From the NCBI GenBank assembly GCA_031376425.1, contig JANMDR010000280.1, positions 1,926 to 65,925 on the forward strand: DNA of 64,000 nt. Reading direction: 5' to 3'. Source of the stretch: Betaproteobacteria bacterium. GTDB taxonomy: Bacteria > Pseudomonadota > Gammaproteobacteria > Burkholderiales > Usitatibacteraceae. The notes below the pieces were generated by a model, which saw nothing but the letters and a program-made list of their open reading frames with translations, ran no database searches and was not told the origin of the DNA. The translations under genes and the position numbers were made by a program. Positions 20,404-29,441 of the stretch are shown in pieces (within the stretch, counting starts at the first letter, position 1; each line of letters opens with the position of its first letter).

Positions 20404-21159
20404 CTACCTTGCAAGCCACCCGCCATCAACCGCCAAAACATGGCCATCAACGTAATCTGAGGCTCGTGACGCCAAAAATACCGCAGCGCCGCCCATATCC
20501 TCAGGGTTGCCCCAGCGACCGGCTGGAATGCGAGCCACAATCTGTTGGCTGCGAGTAAGGTCTGTCTGCAACGCCTTGGTGTTATTAGTTTGAATATAGC
20601 CTGGCGCGATGGCGTTGACATTGATGCCCTTTGCCGACCATTCATTGGCCATTGCCTTGGTAAGCCCGCTCACGCCGCTTTTTGACGCGGTGTAGCTCGG
20701 TACCCGCACGCCGCCTTGAAAGCTCAGCATCGACGCAATGTTGATAATCTTGCCCTGTCCTGCTGCAATCATATGTTTAGCCGCCGCTTGCGCTAAAAAA
20801 AATAGCGATTTCAAATTGGTATCCATCACGGCGTCCCAATCGGCTTCGGTAAAATCGACACTATCGTTGCGGCGAATAATGCCAGCGTTATTAACCAAAA
20901 TATCAATGCGACCAAGCCCGGCAATTGTTTCAGTAATGATCCGATTTACGGGTTCAATAGTTGACAAATCCGCAGCGATGTTGATCGCGCGCTGACCGAG
21001 TGCGGTGATTTCTGCGTGCGTATCAACAGCTGCCGTTCGGCCGACTAGCGCCACATCAGCACCTGCACCGGCCAGTGCGATGGCGATAGCTTGCCCAATA
21101 CCCGCATTTGCCCCAGTGACGATGGCTACCTTGCCGGTTAAATCAAACAAGGGGCTCAT
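20404..21159 (-). CDS. kduD: 2-dehydro-3-deoxy-D-gluconate 5-dehydrogenase (SDR)
   Basis: SDR motifs TGANAGIG and YTASK. The start MSPLFDL at 21159 overlaps the kduI stop in an ATGA arrangement. Confidence 0.85.
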   Translation of the reverse strand: MSPLFDLTGKVAIVTGANAGIGQAIAIALAGAGADVALVGRTAAVDTHAEITALGQRAINIAADLSTIEPVNRIITETIAGLGRIDILVNNAGIIRRNDSVDFTEADWDAVMDTNLKSLFFLAQAAAKHMIAAGQGKIINIASMLSFQGGVRVPSYTASKSGVSGLTKAMANEWSAKGINVNAIAPGYIQTNNTKALQTDLTRSQQIVARIPAGRWGNPEDMGGAAVFLASRASDYVDGHVLAVDGGWLAR

Positions 21160-21992
21160 TTTAGTTGGCAAATATCGAGCGTGTTTAAATCGGTGTAATC
21201 TAAATTTTCACCGCCCATTGCCCAAATGAATGCATATGATTTTGTACCTGATCCCATATGCACCGACCACGGTGGCGAGATGACGGCGGTTTCATTTTCA
21301 ATGACGATATGGCGCATAGCATCTGGTTCGCCCATGTAGTGAAAAACCCGATCATTGTCGCCTAAACCAAAATATAAATACACTTCGCTGCGGCGGTCAT
21401 GCAGGTGTGGCGGCATGGTATTCCACACGCTGCCGGTTTCCAAAATGGTTAAACCCAAAAGCAGTTGCGCGCTATCGCAAACACCAGGAATGACAAACTG
21501 GTAAATAGTGCGCTTGTTGGATGTTTCTAAATCACCCCGCAGCAGCGGTGTGGCTTGCGCAATCGAAATTTTCTTCAGCGCACAAGCTTTGTGCGCCGGA
21601 AGTGAGGTGATGTAGTACCGCGCCTGCGCGCCAGAAAAGGTGACAACTTTGCTACCCATCGGTACATACAAGCAATCGCGCGGATCCATTTCAATCCGTT
21701 CCCCATCGACCATAATCACGCCAGAACCCGCGCCTATATTGACGACACCCATTTCGCGTCGTTCCAAAAACGGTTGACCCACTGCACTTTTTGGCTCGGT
21801 TTGATCGGGCAGTTTAAGCTCAGCATCGCCCGGCACTGCGCCGCCGATAACAAAGCGCTCATTGTGCGAATAGTTGAGGATAACGCGGCCCGTTTCGAAC
21901 ATGCCGCTTACCATATAGCGGTCGCGTAGCGCATCGTTACTGACACTGTCCATCATATCGGGGTGGGTAGCGTGAAAAGTTTTATGGAACAC
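21156..21992 (-). CDS. kduI: 5-dehydro-4-deoxy-D-glucuronate isomerase
   Basis: 278-aa ORF, collinear by eye with E. coli KduI over its full length (FLERRE.GV.NIG, WNTMP.H.H.RR.EVY.YF, HIV..NE.AVISP.WS.H.G.GTK.Y.FIW.M.GEN). Confidence 0.93.
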   Translation of the reverse strand: MFHKTFHATHPDMMDSVSNDALRDRYMVSGMFETGRVILNYSHNERFVIGGAVPGDAELKLPDQTEPKSAVGQPFLERREMGVVNIGAGSGVIMVDGERIEMDPRDCLYVPMGSKVVTFSGAQARYYITSLPAHKACALKKISIAQATPLLRGDLETSNKRTIYQFVIPGVCDSAQLLLGLTILETGSVWNTMPPHLHDRRSEVYLYFGLGDNDRVFHYMGEPDAMRHIVIENETAVISPPWSVHMGSGTKSYAFIWAMGGENLDYTDLNTLDICQLK

Positions 21993-22040
21993 GGAAATCT
22001 CCAGACAGTTGAAATGACATTGGAATAATCATAGCTATTA

Positions 22041-22055
22041 TGGTAACCGGTGTCA
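22041..22055. promoter_or_regulatory. candidate LacI-family operator TGGTAACCGGTGTCA (site 2)
   Basis: Exact repeat of site 1, about 50 nt upstream of the kduI start. Confidence 0.6.
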
Positions 22056-22187
22056 ACAAGGTATTTATTTTAGGTAAAAAATTTGTACGTTCTACTAAAA
22101 AATGAGTCAAATGTGGCGTCGATGGTGCTTCATATGCCTATTGGCTACATCAACGGCAATATCCGATAGGCTGCTAGCCGTTGTAAG

Positions 22188-23273
22188 TTATGTTTTATCT
22201 TTTTTAGGCGGTGCCACTGAGCCACGCCGAATGAGCGTGGAAAAAAATGTGGAAGGTTCTTCTTCCTCAATTTCAGAATGAGCGAAGATGCCATTAATTA
22301 GCTTAAGCGCGGCCGAACGCCCCATGGCAACAATGGGCCAGCGTACAGTAGTGAGCGGCGGCCAAACTCGCGGAGCAATTGGCGTGTCATCAAAGCCGAT
22401 GATGGATAAATCTTCGGGTACGCCCAAGCCACGCTCGCGGGCTGCAAACAACACGCCCGCGGCCATCTCATCATTACACGCAAATATAGCAGTGGGGCGT
22501 GGTGATAGTGCCAGCAAACTATCGGCTGCGGTGATGCCGGATTCAAAAGTGTAATGCCCTTCAGCAATTAGGCTTCGTGGCAGCTTTATTCCTGCTTCTG
22601 CCAATGCAAATTCAAAGCCCTCGCGTCGTTCCCGCGCGGAGCGAAAGCCATGCGGCCCTGTCACCAGCCCGATACGTTTGTGATCCTGCGCAATCAAATA
22701 GCGCACCGCATCTACAACCGCGTCCCGATCATTTGAGGCCACCATGTGCGCCGCATTATCAAGCATGGCTGAGCCCATGCGCACGTAGCGACAACCAACT
22801 TCATCACAAAGCTTAGCGATCAAATCATTTTCAGAGACCGGGGGCAAAATAACCACACCAAACAATCGCTGCCGTTCCAGAAAGCTCCGGATATCATCTA
22901 ACATCGTTGCCGAGCCCCTATCCACTGGGCGTACCACGAGTTCGCAATCGGTATCACGGAGCGCTTCTAAAATTCCTTGTTGTACATTGAGGATCATTTG
23001 CGCATTGGGGTTATCGTAAATCAAGCCGATTAAAAAATTTCGTCCCAACGCTAAGGCTCGCGCTTGCGGGTTAGGCACATAACCGGTTTCTTGAATCACC
23101 GCTTCAACGCGCTCGCGAGTTTTTTCATTTAGTAAGGGCGAACGGTTAATCACGCGGCTGACGGTTTTTTTGGATACACCCGCCAGCCTAGCAATATCAT
23201 TAATGGTGGGTTTGCCAGTTGTTGCAGGCAAGTTTGCCGTGGCGGATTCGCGTTTTTTTGCAGTGGTGGCCAT
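22188..23273 (-). CDS. LacI-family transcriptional regulator
   Basis: HTH segment TINDIARLAGVSKKTVSRVINRSP followed by a periplasmic-binding-protein-like sugar-binding domain. The likely start MATTAKK is at 23273; the ORF-track start at 23351 is an extension. Confidence 0.88.
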   Translation of the reverse strand: MATTAKKRESATANLPATTGKPTINDIARLAGVSKKTVSRVINRSPLLNEKTRERVEAVIQETGYVPNPQARALALGRNFLIGLIYDNPNAQMILNVQQGILEALRDTDCELVVRPVDRGSATMLDDIRSFLERQRLFGVVILPPVSENDLIAKLCDEVGCRYVRMGSAMLDNAAHMVASNDRDAVVDAVRYLIAQDHKRIGLVTGPHGFRSARERREGFEFALAEAGIKLPRSLIAEGHYTFESGITAADSLLALSPRPTAIFACNDEMAAGVLFAARERGLGVPEDLSIIGFDDTPIAPRVWPPLTTVRWPIVAMGRSAALKLINGIFAHSEIEEEEPSTFFSTLIRRGSVAPPKKDKT

Positions 23274-23652
23274 AGTAAATATAGATTGTTTCGTTGGGTT
23301 GATGTCGGCTCGTGGAAATTTAAAGTTAGTGAGGAGCCAAAAACGAGGCAAAGTGCTAAAAATAACTCCGTGCTCCTTGATGGCACCGGTACTGGCGGGT
23401 ATTACACTGCAGACTGATCGTTGTTACTAGCTTACACCAGCTTGGTAACGTGAACTGGAATTGTTACGCTAGAAAATCTGCAGTAGCGCTCAAAGTAGAG
23501 TTTGAAAATTAATAATGCACGAAGATCGTTATAAATAGGGCGTTCCCACGCGTAGCGAGAGCACCACGAATAGGCTGGCCACGGTTCCGCAAATTCATCT
23601 CAGATAAAAATACGCTAAATTTTAATAATAATATTGGCGAGTTGCTTGCAAA

Positions 23653-23667
23653 TGACACCGGTTTCCT
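23653..23667. promoter_or_regulatory. candidate LacI-family operator TGACACCGGTTTCCT (site 3, opposite orientation, 2-3 mismatches)
   Basis: Matches the reverse complement of sites 1 and 2 at TGACACCGGTT. Lies about 47 nt upstream of the TTG start proposed for the hydratase/TRAP operon. Confidence 0.5.
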
Positions 23668-23713
23668 TTACCATCAATTTAATCGCACACAATCTAAATT
23701 TCTTGGGGGTCAG

Positions 23714-24604
23714 TTGCATTCAAATATCACGACTGAAGAAGCTATTGCGGAAAAATTTGTGGCCGCGCGACGGAGTGGCGCTGCATTAGCTCGTTTTCCC
23801 GGTGAAGCACCGCAAACGCTCAAACAAGCATATTGCATACAAGATTTTGCCATTGCTCGTGTGGCTGATGCGATTGCCGGTTGGAAGGTCGGGCGCAGTT
23901 TCCCGCCGCACTCAATCAACTTTGGTAGTGATCGCTTGGCAGGGCCTATTTTCAAAAATTTGGTACAAGTTCTTGGTGCGTCAGCGCCAGATCAATTTAA
24001 ATCAGTAGAGCAAAAATCTCTAGCGTTAGCAGTATTACCAGTAGGCTCCATCTATCGTGGCGGTTTTGGCGCTGTTGAGGCTGAGTTCTTGCTGCGTCTC
24101 GGTTCGACTCCAAAGGCTGGGCAAATGAAATTTAGCCTAGGCGAAGCAGCGGCATTAATTGATACTGTCCACGTGGGTATTGAAATCGCTAGCTCGCCAA
24201 TGGCAACGATTAATGATTTTGGCCCTGCCGTTACGATATCGGACTTTGGAAATAATAATGGTTTGATTGTCGGTGGTGAAATAATGGACTGGCGCTCCAG
24301 CGATTTCAGTAATTGGATTGTCTCTACCGCTGTCGATGATGTCGAAGTGGGGCGTGGCAGCGCATCAGTTTTTCCAGATGGGCCAATTGGTTCGGTGCGT
24401 TTTTTATTAGAGCTTATGGCGGAACGCGGAATTACGCTCGCCGCAGGCACATGGGTTTCCAGCGGCGCGATAACTGGCGTACATAATGTGCATAAAGGGC
24501 AACGTGTTAAGGCCAGCTTTAGTAGTGGCTTAAGTGTAAGTTGTTTGGTAGCAGAAGTGCCTCGTGCTGTAGAAATTATAGAAAAAGCACAGTCTGTTGG
24601 CTGA
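23714..24604 (+). CDS. 2-keto-4-pentenoate hydratase/MhpD-like enzyme (fumarylacetoacetate-hydrolase superfamily)
   Basis: MhpD-like landmarks QAYCIQD, GWKVG, VEAEF and ISDFGNN. There is no in-frame ATG near the 5' end. TTG 23714 follows GGGGG at SD spacing; the track start at 23642 would include the operator. Confidence 0.65.
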   Translation: MHSNITTEEAIAEKFVAARRSGAALARFPGEAPQTLKQAYCIQDFAIARVADAIAGWKVGRSFPPHSINFGSDRLAGPIFKNLVQVLGASAPDQFKSVEQKSLALAVLPVGSIYRGGFGAVEAEFLLRLGSTPKAGQMKFSLGEAAALIDTVHVGIEIASSPMATINDFGPAVTISDFGNNNGLIVGGEIMDWRSSDFSNWIVSTAVDDVEVGRGSASVFPDGPIGSVRFLLELMAERGITLAAGTWVSSGAITGVHNVHKGQRVKASFSSGLSVSCLVAEVPRAVEIIEKAQSVG

Positions 24605-24780
24605 AGATGTGCTGACAGCTAAGTGCAAAGAATTAAATTAGGATGTTTGAAACCCGCTCGTTTTCTAATGTAAGTCAACCGCAACACAGGCCTTAAGTTA
24701 AATGTAGTGTGTTGCATAAGTAATCAATAAATTGGACCGTTCAATGCAAGAACGTGCGCCGCTAACCTGAGGATATACAA

Positions 24781-25773
24781 ATGGCTAAATTCTTTAAAAA
24801 CACAATGATGCGCGCTCTCCTTGCTGCAGGTGCCGTGTTAGCGATGACGTCTGCGGTGGTGAGTGCGCGTGATTTCAGAGCATCTGACGTGCATCCTGCT
24901 GACTATCCCACGGTAGTTACTGTAAAGGAAATGGGCAAAATGCTCAGCGACCGTAGTGGCGGACGTTTAGGCATCAAAGTATTTCCAAGCGGTAGCCTAG
25001 GAACTGAAAAGGATAATATTGAACAGCTAAAAATTGGTGGCTTGGATATGATGCGTATCCATATCAGCACCTTAAACAGTGTGGTGCCTGAAACCATGGC
25101 AACTGTGTTGCCCTTTGTGTTTCGATCAACGGCGCATATGCGCAAAGCGCTTGACAGTAACATCGGCGATGAAATTTTAGCCGCGATGGAACCACATGGC
25201 TTGGTTGGCTTGGCGTTCTACGATAGTGGTTCGCGTTCGTTCTACACCGCAAAAAAACCGATCAAAAGTTTAGCGGATATGAAAGGCTTAAAGATTCGCG
25301 TGCCGCAGTCAGATTTATTTGTTGCCATGATTGAATCATTGAACGCTAACCCCACACCGATGCCTCTTGGCGAGGTCTATACAGCGCTTAAAACAGGCAT
25401 TGTCGACGCTGCAGAGAATAACTGGCCATCCTATGAATCTTCACGACACTTTGAAGCTGCAAAATACTATAACGTTAGCGAACACTCTCATGCGCCTGAA
25501 GTACTCGTGTTCTCGAAAAAAGTCTGGGACAAATTGAGTAAAGAAGATCAAGCCCTGATCCGCAAAGCGGCTAAAGATTCGGTGCCGGTGATGCGCAAGC
25601 TTTGGGATGAACGTGAGTTAAAGTCGCGCAAAGTGGTTGAAGCTGCTGGTGCGCAAGCAGTTACCATCGCGAATCGCCAAGAGTTTGTTGATGCGATGAA
25701 GCCGGTTTACACCAAGTTCGTCAATACGCCAAAACTTAAAGACTTGGTTAAGCGCATACAAGAAACACAGTAA
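24781..25773 (+). CDS. dctP: TRAP transporter substrate-binding protein (DctP family)
   Basis: 330-aa ORF with a signal peptide. Family-typical layout, followed by Q and M subunits. Confidence 0.88.
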   Translation: MAKFFKNTMMRALLAAGAVLAMTSAVVSARDFRASDVHPADYPTVVTVKEMGKMLSDRSGGRLGIKVFPSGSLGTEKDNIEQLKIGGLDMMRIHISTLNSVVPETMATVLPFVFRSTAHMRKALDSNIGDEILAAMEPHGLVGLAFYDSGSRSFYTAKKPIKSLADMKGLKIRVPQSDLFVAMIESLNANPTPMPLGEVYTALKTGIVDAAENNWPSYESSRHFEAAKYYNVSEHSHAPEVLVFSKKVWDKLSKEDQALIRKAAKDSVPVMRKLWDERELKSRKVVEAAGAQAVTIANRQEFVDAMKPVYTKFVNTPKLKDLVKRIQETQ

Positions 25774-25806
25774 TGATGCAGTTCATATAACAATAAGGGG
25801 GAACGC

Positions 25807-26334
25807 GTGGAACATACAGCGTCGCGCAGCAATAAACCTGCAAATCTTTTCACGCGTTTCAACATCCAGCTTGCGAAATACGGCATGTATTTTTCGATGA
25901 CTGGACTGTTTGTCATCATCGCCATTGTGGGTTATCAAGTGTTCGGTCGCTATGTGCTCAACGATAGCCCAACTTGGGCGGAAAACCTCGCGCTAGTGCT
26001 CATTCTTTATGTGACGCTTATAGGCGCAGCGGTGGGTGTGCGCGATGCGGGACACATCGGCATGGAATCAATTATCGTGCTTTTGCCTGAACGCGTTCGT
26101 CATAAGATTGAAATGGTGATTCACGTGTGCGTGGCGCTTTTTGGCGCTGCGATGGTTTATAACGGCTGCATTTTGGGTGCGTCAGTCGCTGCCTACAAGC
26201 TGGCCAATATTAACTTGTCGGAAGCATGGCGCTACGTGCCTTTGGTTTTTTCTGGTGTTCTCATTATTTTATTTTCTCTTGAGCATTTGCTCGCGCTGAT
26301 TAACGGCACAGAAGTGGAGGCAACATGGAGTTAG
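25807..26334 (+). CDS. dctQ: TRAP transporter small permease (DctQ family)
   Basis: 175-aa ORF with 4 TM helices, a GTG start after AAGGGGG, and a 10-nt overlap with dctM. Confidence 0.85.
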   Translation: MEHTASRSNKPANLFTRFNIQLAKYGMYFSMTGLFVIIAIVGYQVFGRYVLNDSPTWAENLALVLILYVTLIGAAVGVRDAGHIGMESIIVLLPERVRHKIEMVIHVCVALFGAAMVYNGCILGASVAAYKLANINLSEAWRYVPLVFSGVLIILFSLEHLLALINGTEVEATWS

Positions 26335-27608
26335 CAATTCTCTGCACGACATTCGTGCTGTTTCTATTACTTGGTGTGCCCGTCGCGTTCGCGATTGGGT
26401 TATCGGCATTCTGCACCATATTGTATGAAGGTCTGCCAGTAGCTGTGTTATTTCAGCAAATGATGTCGGGCATGAATATCTTCTCGTTCTTGGCGATACC
26501 ATTTTTTGTTTTCAGTGGCGAGCTAATGTTGCATGGTGGCATTGCTGACAAAATTGTCAATTTGGCGCGTAATCTAGTCGGGCATATTCGTGGTGGTTTG
26601 GGCATGTCGAATGTGGTCGCCTGTACTTTGTTTGGTGGTGTTTCTGGTTCACCCGTGGCCGATGTGTCGGCAATGGGCTCAGTCATGATTCCGATGATGA
26701 AAAAAGAAGGCTATCACGCTGATTACGCGGTAAATGTGACTACGCATGCATCGCTGGTAGGTGCTTTGATGCCCACGAGCCACAATATGATTATTTACTC
26801 CCTCGCAGCGGGCGGGCAGGTATCCATAGGGGCGCTTATTGCCGCTGGTGTAATCCCCGCTTTGGTGCTCACTGTCTGTATGTTAGTGGCCGCCTATTGT
26901 GTTGCAGTGAGTCGTGGTTATCCAGCCGGCACATTCCCAGGTTGGGGGGCAGTAGGGCGATCGGCTGCGGCGGCGGCACCTGGGCTATTGATTATTGTGA
27001 TTATCTTGGCGGGCATTTTGTCCGGCGTGTTCACCGCCACTGAGTCAGCAGCGGTTGCGGTGATGTATTCCATCATCCTGACGTTCTTTATTTATCGCAC
27101 CATGACGCGGGAAAAATTTATTAAAGCTGCATCGCGGGCGGTAAAAACGACTGGAGTGGTACTGTTGCTAATTGGCGTATCCACGATGTTTCAGTATTTG
27201 ATGGCTCTTTATAGTGTGGCCGATCTTGCTGGAGACATGATGACAAAAATATCCTCTTCCCCGTGGATGATATTTTTGATGATCAACCTGATTCTATTTT
27301 TGCTTGGTACGTTTATGGATATGGCCAGCACAATTTTAATCTGTACACCGATCTTTTTACCCATCGCGGTGAAATACGGCATGGATCCGGTGCAATTTGG
27401 TATTGTGATTTTAATTAACTGCGCACTGGGACTCAACACACCGCCCGTCGGCACCACACAGTTTATTGGTTGTGCAATCGGTGGAATTTCAGTGGGCGAA
27501 GTGATGCGCACGATTCTACCTTTCTACGGTGCCTTAATCGTCGCCTTATTTGCGGTGACGTATGTTCCTGCTTTTTCAATGTGGCTGCCAAAACTGCTGA
27601 TGGGCTAG
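26325..27608 (+). CDS. dctM: TRAP transporter large permease (DctM family)
   Basis: 427-aa polytopic membrane ORF immediately following dctQ. Confidence 0.9.
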   Translation: MELAILCTTFVLFLLLGVPVAFAIGLSAFCTILYEGLPVAVLFQQMMSGMNIFSFLAIPFFVFSGELMLHGGIADKIVNLARNLVGHIRGGLGMSNVVACTLFGGVSGSPVADVSAMGSVMIPMMKKEGYHADYAVNVTTHASLVGALMPTSHNMIIYSLAAGGQVSIGALIAAGVIPALVLTVCMLVAAYCVAVSRGYPAGTFPGWGAVGRSAAAAAPGLLIIVIILAGILSGVFTATESAAVAVMYSIILTFFIYRTMTREKFIKAASRAVKTTGVVLLLIGVSTMFQYLMALYSVADLAGDMMTKISSSPWMIFLMINLILFLLGTFMDMASTILICTPIFLPIAVKYGMDPVQFGIVILINCALGLNTPPVGTTQFIGCAIGGISVGEVMRTILPFYGALIVALFAVTYVPAFSMWLPKLLMG

Positions 27609-27637
27609 CTACTAAACGACTTTACCTGAGCTAAATG

Positions 27638-27678
27638 GCTGGTAATGCTCTTTATAGGGCATTACCAGCTATTTTTTT
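27638..27678 (+). terminator. rho-independent terminator after dctM
   Basis: Stem GCTGGTAATGC / GCATTACCAGC followed by TATTTTTTT. Confidence 0.8.
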
Positions 27679-27844
27679 GGGTGAATTATAGTGGCGGACC
27701 TTAAGCGGTCATAGCAAAACCATTCGCGCCCCATTTTTACCGCTCGCACCACAAAAAAACCAATTCAGCGCATTTTCGGTCTTGAGCCACCAATTTGCCT
27801 GCAAACTGCGTTCACGTTGTTAAATCCCTTATTTGGAGATCATC

Positions 27845-28111
27845 ATGAACCCACTTTCAGCCCCCAGCGCTTTGATCAAAGCTATCACTTTCCCGTTTAC
27901 ATGCATTTTTGTGGTTGGACTCTGCTATTTCATTAATTGGATGACTTCTCCGGGCCACTGGTGGGCGCAGTGGGTGGCGTTTGGGATGGGCATTGCCTTG
28001 ATTAGCGTGTGGGCGCGGGCATTTAAAGTCTTGGCTCTATCGGCATTGGCAGCCGGCGTTGCCTATGTTGTCTACCGTTTTTCCCAACGGGCAACGCAGA
28101 ACACCAAATAG
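27845..28111 (+). CDS. small 2TM-domain membrane protein
   Basis: About 88 aa from MNPLSAPS (ATG after GGAG), with two hydrophobic helices. This protein type commonly precedes LytS-type kinases. Confidence 0.55.
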   Translation: MNPLSAPSALIKAITFPFTCIFVVGLCYFINWMTSPGHWWAQWVAFGMGIALISVWARAFKVLALSALAAGVAYVVYRFSQRATQNTK

Positions 28112-28147
28112 TGTGAAAGTTATTTAGTGTATCTAAACGCTTGCAGG

Positions 28148-29407
28148 ATGGTTATTATGAACACTATCGTACAAAAATCAGCCGTTATTGAGCCAAATCA
28201 AGCCCCTATGAACGCACCCCGCGAACCCGTGCAAATTGCTGCAGATCAAATATCGGCGGAGTCCGGCTCATTCCACCCGCTGGAGTTAATTCCGTACTTC
28301 CGACAGTTTAAGCGCAGCGCATTGCGTACTTTTCTTTACACCGTGCTTTTTAACACCATCATTGCGGTGTTTATGACGTTAATGGCAATCGTGTTTGCGG
28401 ATATGAAAACTTGGAATAGGTTTCTTGCCACAGCGCAAAATAACTTCATGATTTCGCAGGCTATCGGCTTTACCTTTGCGGGAGTAATGCAACTGGCGAG
28501 CACTTTCTTTGCGCGCATGAATCGCATGGGCACTTGGGCGACGATTGTTGGATATACCGTAGTTTCTTTTGGCGTGGTGCAGATAGCAATTTTAGTGCTG
28601 TCCTTCCTCCAGCCGCGCACTTTTGGGTTGCGTGGCTGGATTGGTGATCCACAGTGGTTGCTGATTAGTTTAAGCCTGTCATTTTTAATCTCTCTCATGC
28701 TAACCTTCGCGTGGCGCAGCCGATTCACCTACCTGACGCGCGAGGCCGAAATGGCGCGCGAGCAGGCGCGTTTAAAAGAGGCACAAAGCCAAGCGGATAA
28801 TGCTAATTTACGCGCCTTGCAGGCACAAATTGAGCCGCACTTTTTATTCAATACTTTAGCGAATGTCACCGGCCTAATTCATCCGCAACCGGATAAAGCT
28901 AAGCTTATGCTGGAGCAGTTTATCGCCTACCTGCGGGCAACCCTTGCCGCAACGCGCGAACTCACTACCACCTTGGGTAAAGACGTGGACATGATGCGCA
29001 ATTTCTTAGCCATTTTGCAAATTCGCATGGGTGATCGATTAACGGTGCGCATTGATATTGCAACGGATGTGGCCAACTGCAAGATACCGCCAATGCTGCT
29101 GCAACCCATAGTGGAGAACTCGATTAAACATGGGTTAGAACCCAGTATAGAAGGCGGTGAAGTAGCAATTACCGCGCGGCTCGACGGCAATAATGTTGTC
29201 ATTACCGTGGCTGATACCGGTATGGGATTTTCTAGAGGCGTGCCAAAAGTAGTGGGGTCAAACACAGATGCCAATATAGGTGGTGTGGGCATGGCTAATG
29301 TGCGGGCACGCTTACTAAGCACCTATAGCTCCGCCGCAGAAATGCGCGTAGAAGACAACGCACCTCGTGGCACCAAAGTCTTATTGATTCTCCCGCAAAA
29401 TACTTAA
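28148..29407 (+). CDS. sensor histidine kinase, LytS/YehU-type (His_kinase + HATPase_c)
   Basis: N-terminal TM helices, coiled-coil AREQARLKEAQSQ, phospho-acceptor box EPHFLFNTLANV and ATPase N-box ENSIKHG. Confidence 0.85.
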   Translation: MVIMNTIVQKSAVIEPNQAPMNAPREPVQIAADQISAESGSFHPLELIPYFRQFKRSALRTFLYTVLFNTIIAVFMTLMAIVFADMKTWNRFLATAQNNFMISQAIGFTFAGVMQLASTFFARMNRMGTWATIVGYTVVSFGVVQIAILVLSFLQPRTFGLRGWIGDPQWLLISLSLSFLISLMLTFAWRSRFTYLTREAEMAREQARLKEAQSQADNANLRALQAQIEPHFLFNTLANVTGLIHPQPDKAKLMLEQFIAYLRATLAATRELTTTLGKDVDMMRNFLAILQIRMGDRLTVRIDIATDVANCKIPPMLLQPIVENSIKHGLEPSIEGGEVAITARLDGNNVVITVADTGMGFSRGVPKVVGSNTDANIGGVGMANVRARLLSTYSSAAEMRVEDNAPRGTKVLLILPQNT

Positions 29408-29441
29408 CTAAATTTCTCAATTTTTTTGAAAGGGTGTCTGA

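Noticed and set aside
20346-20645. 99-aa minus-strand ORF overlapping the 3' end of kduD in another frame
   Set aside because: It is an alternative frame of a well-supported SDR gene, and its Arg/Trp/Leu-rich translation is artefact-like.
24690-24720. Hairpin GCAACACA...TGTGTTGC between the hydratase gene and dctP, considered as an internal attenuator
   Set aside because: It has only an 8-bp stem, a large loop and no U-tract. This is insufficient to call a terminator or riboswitch.
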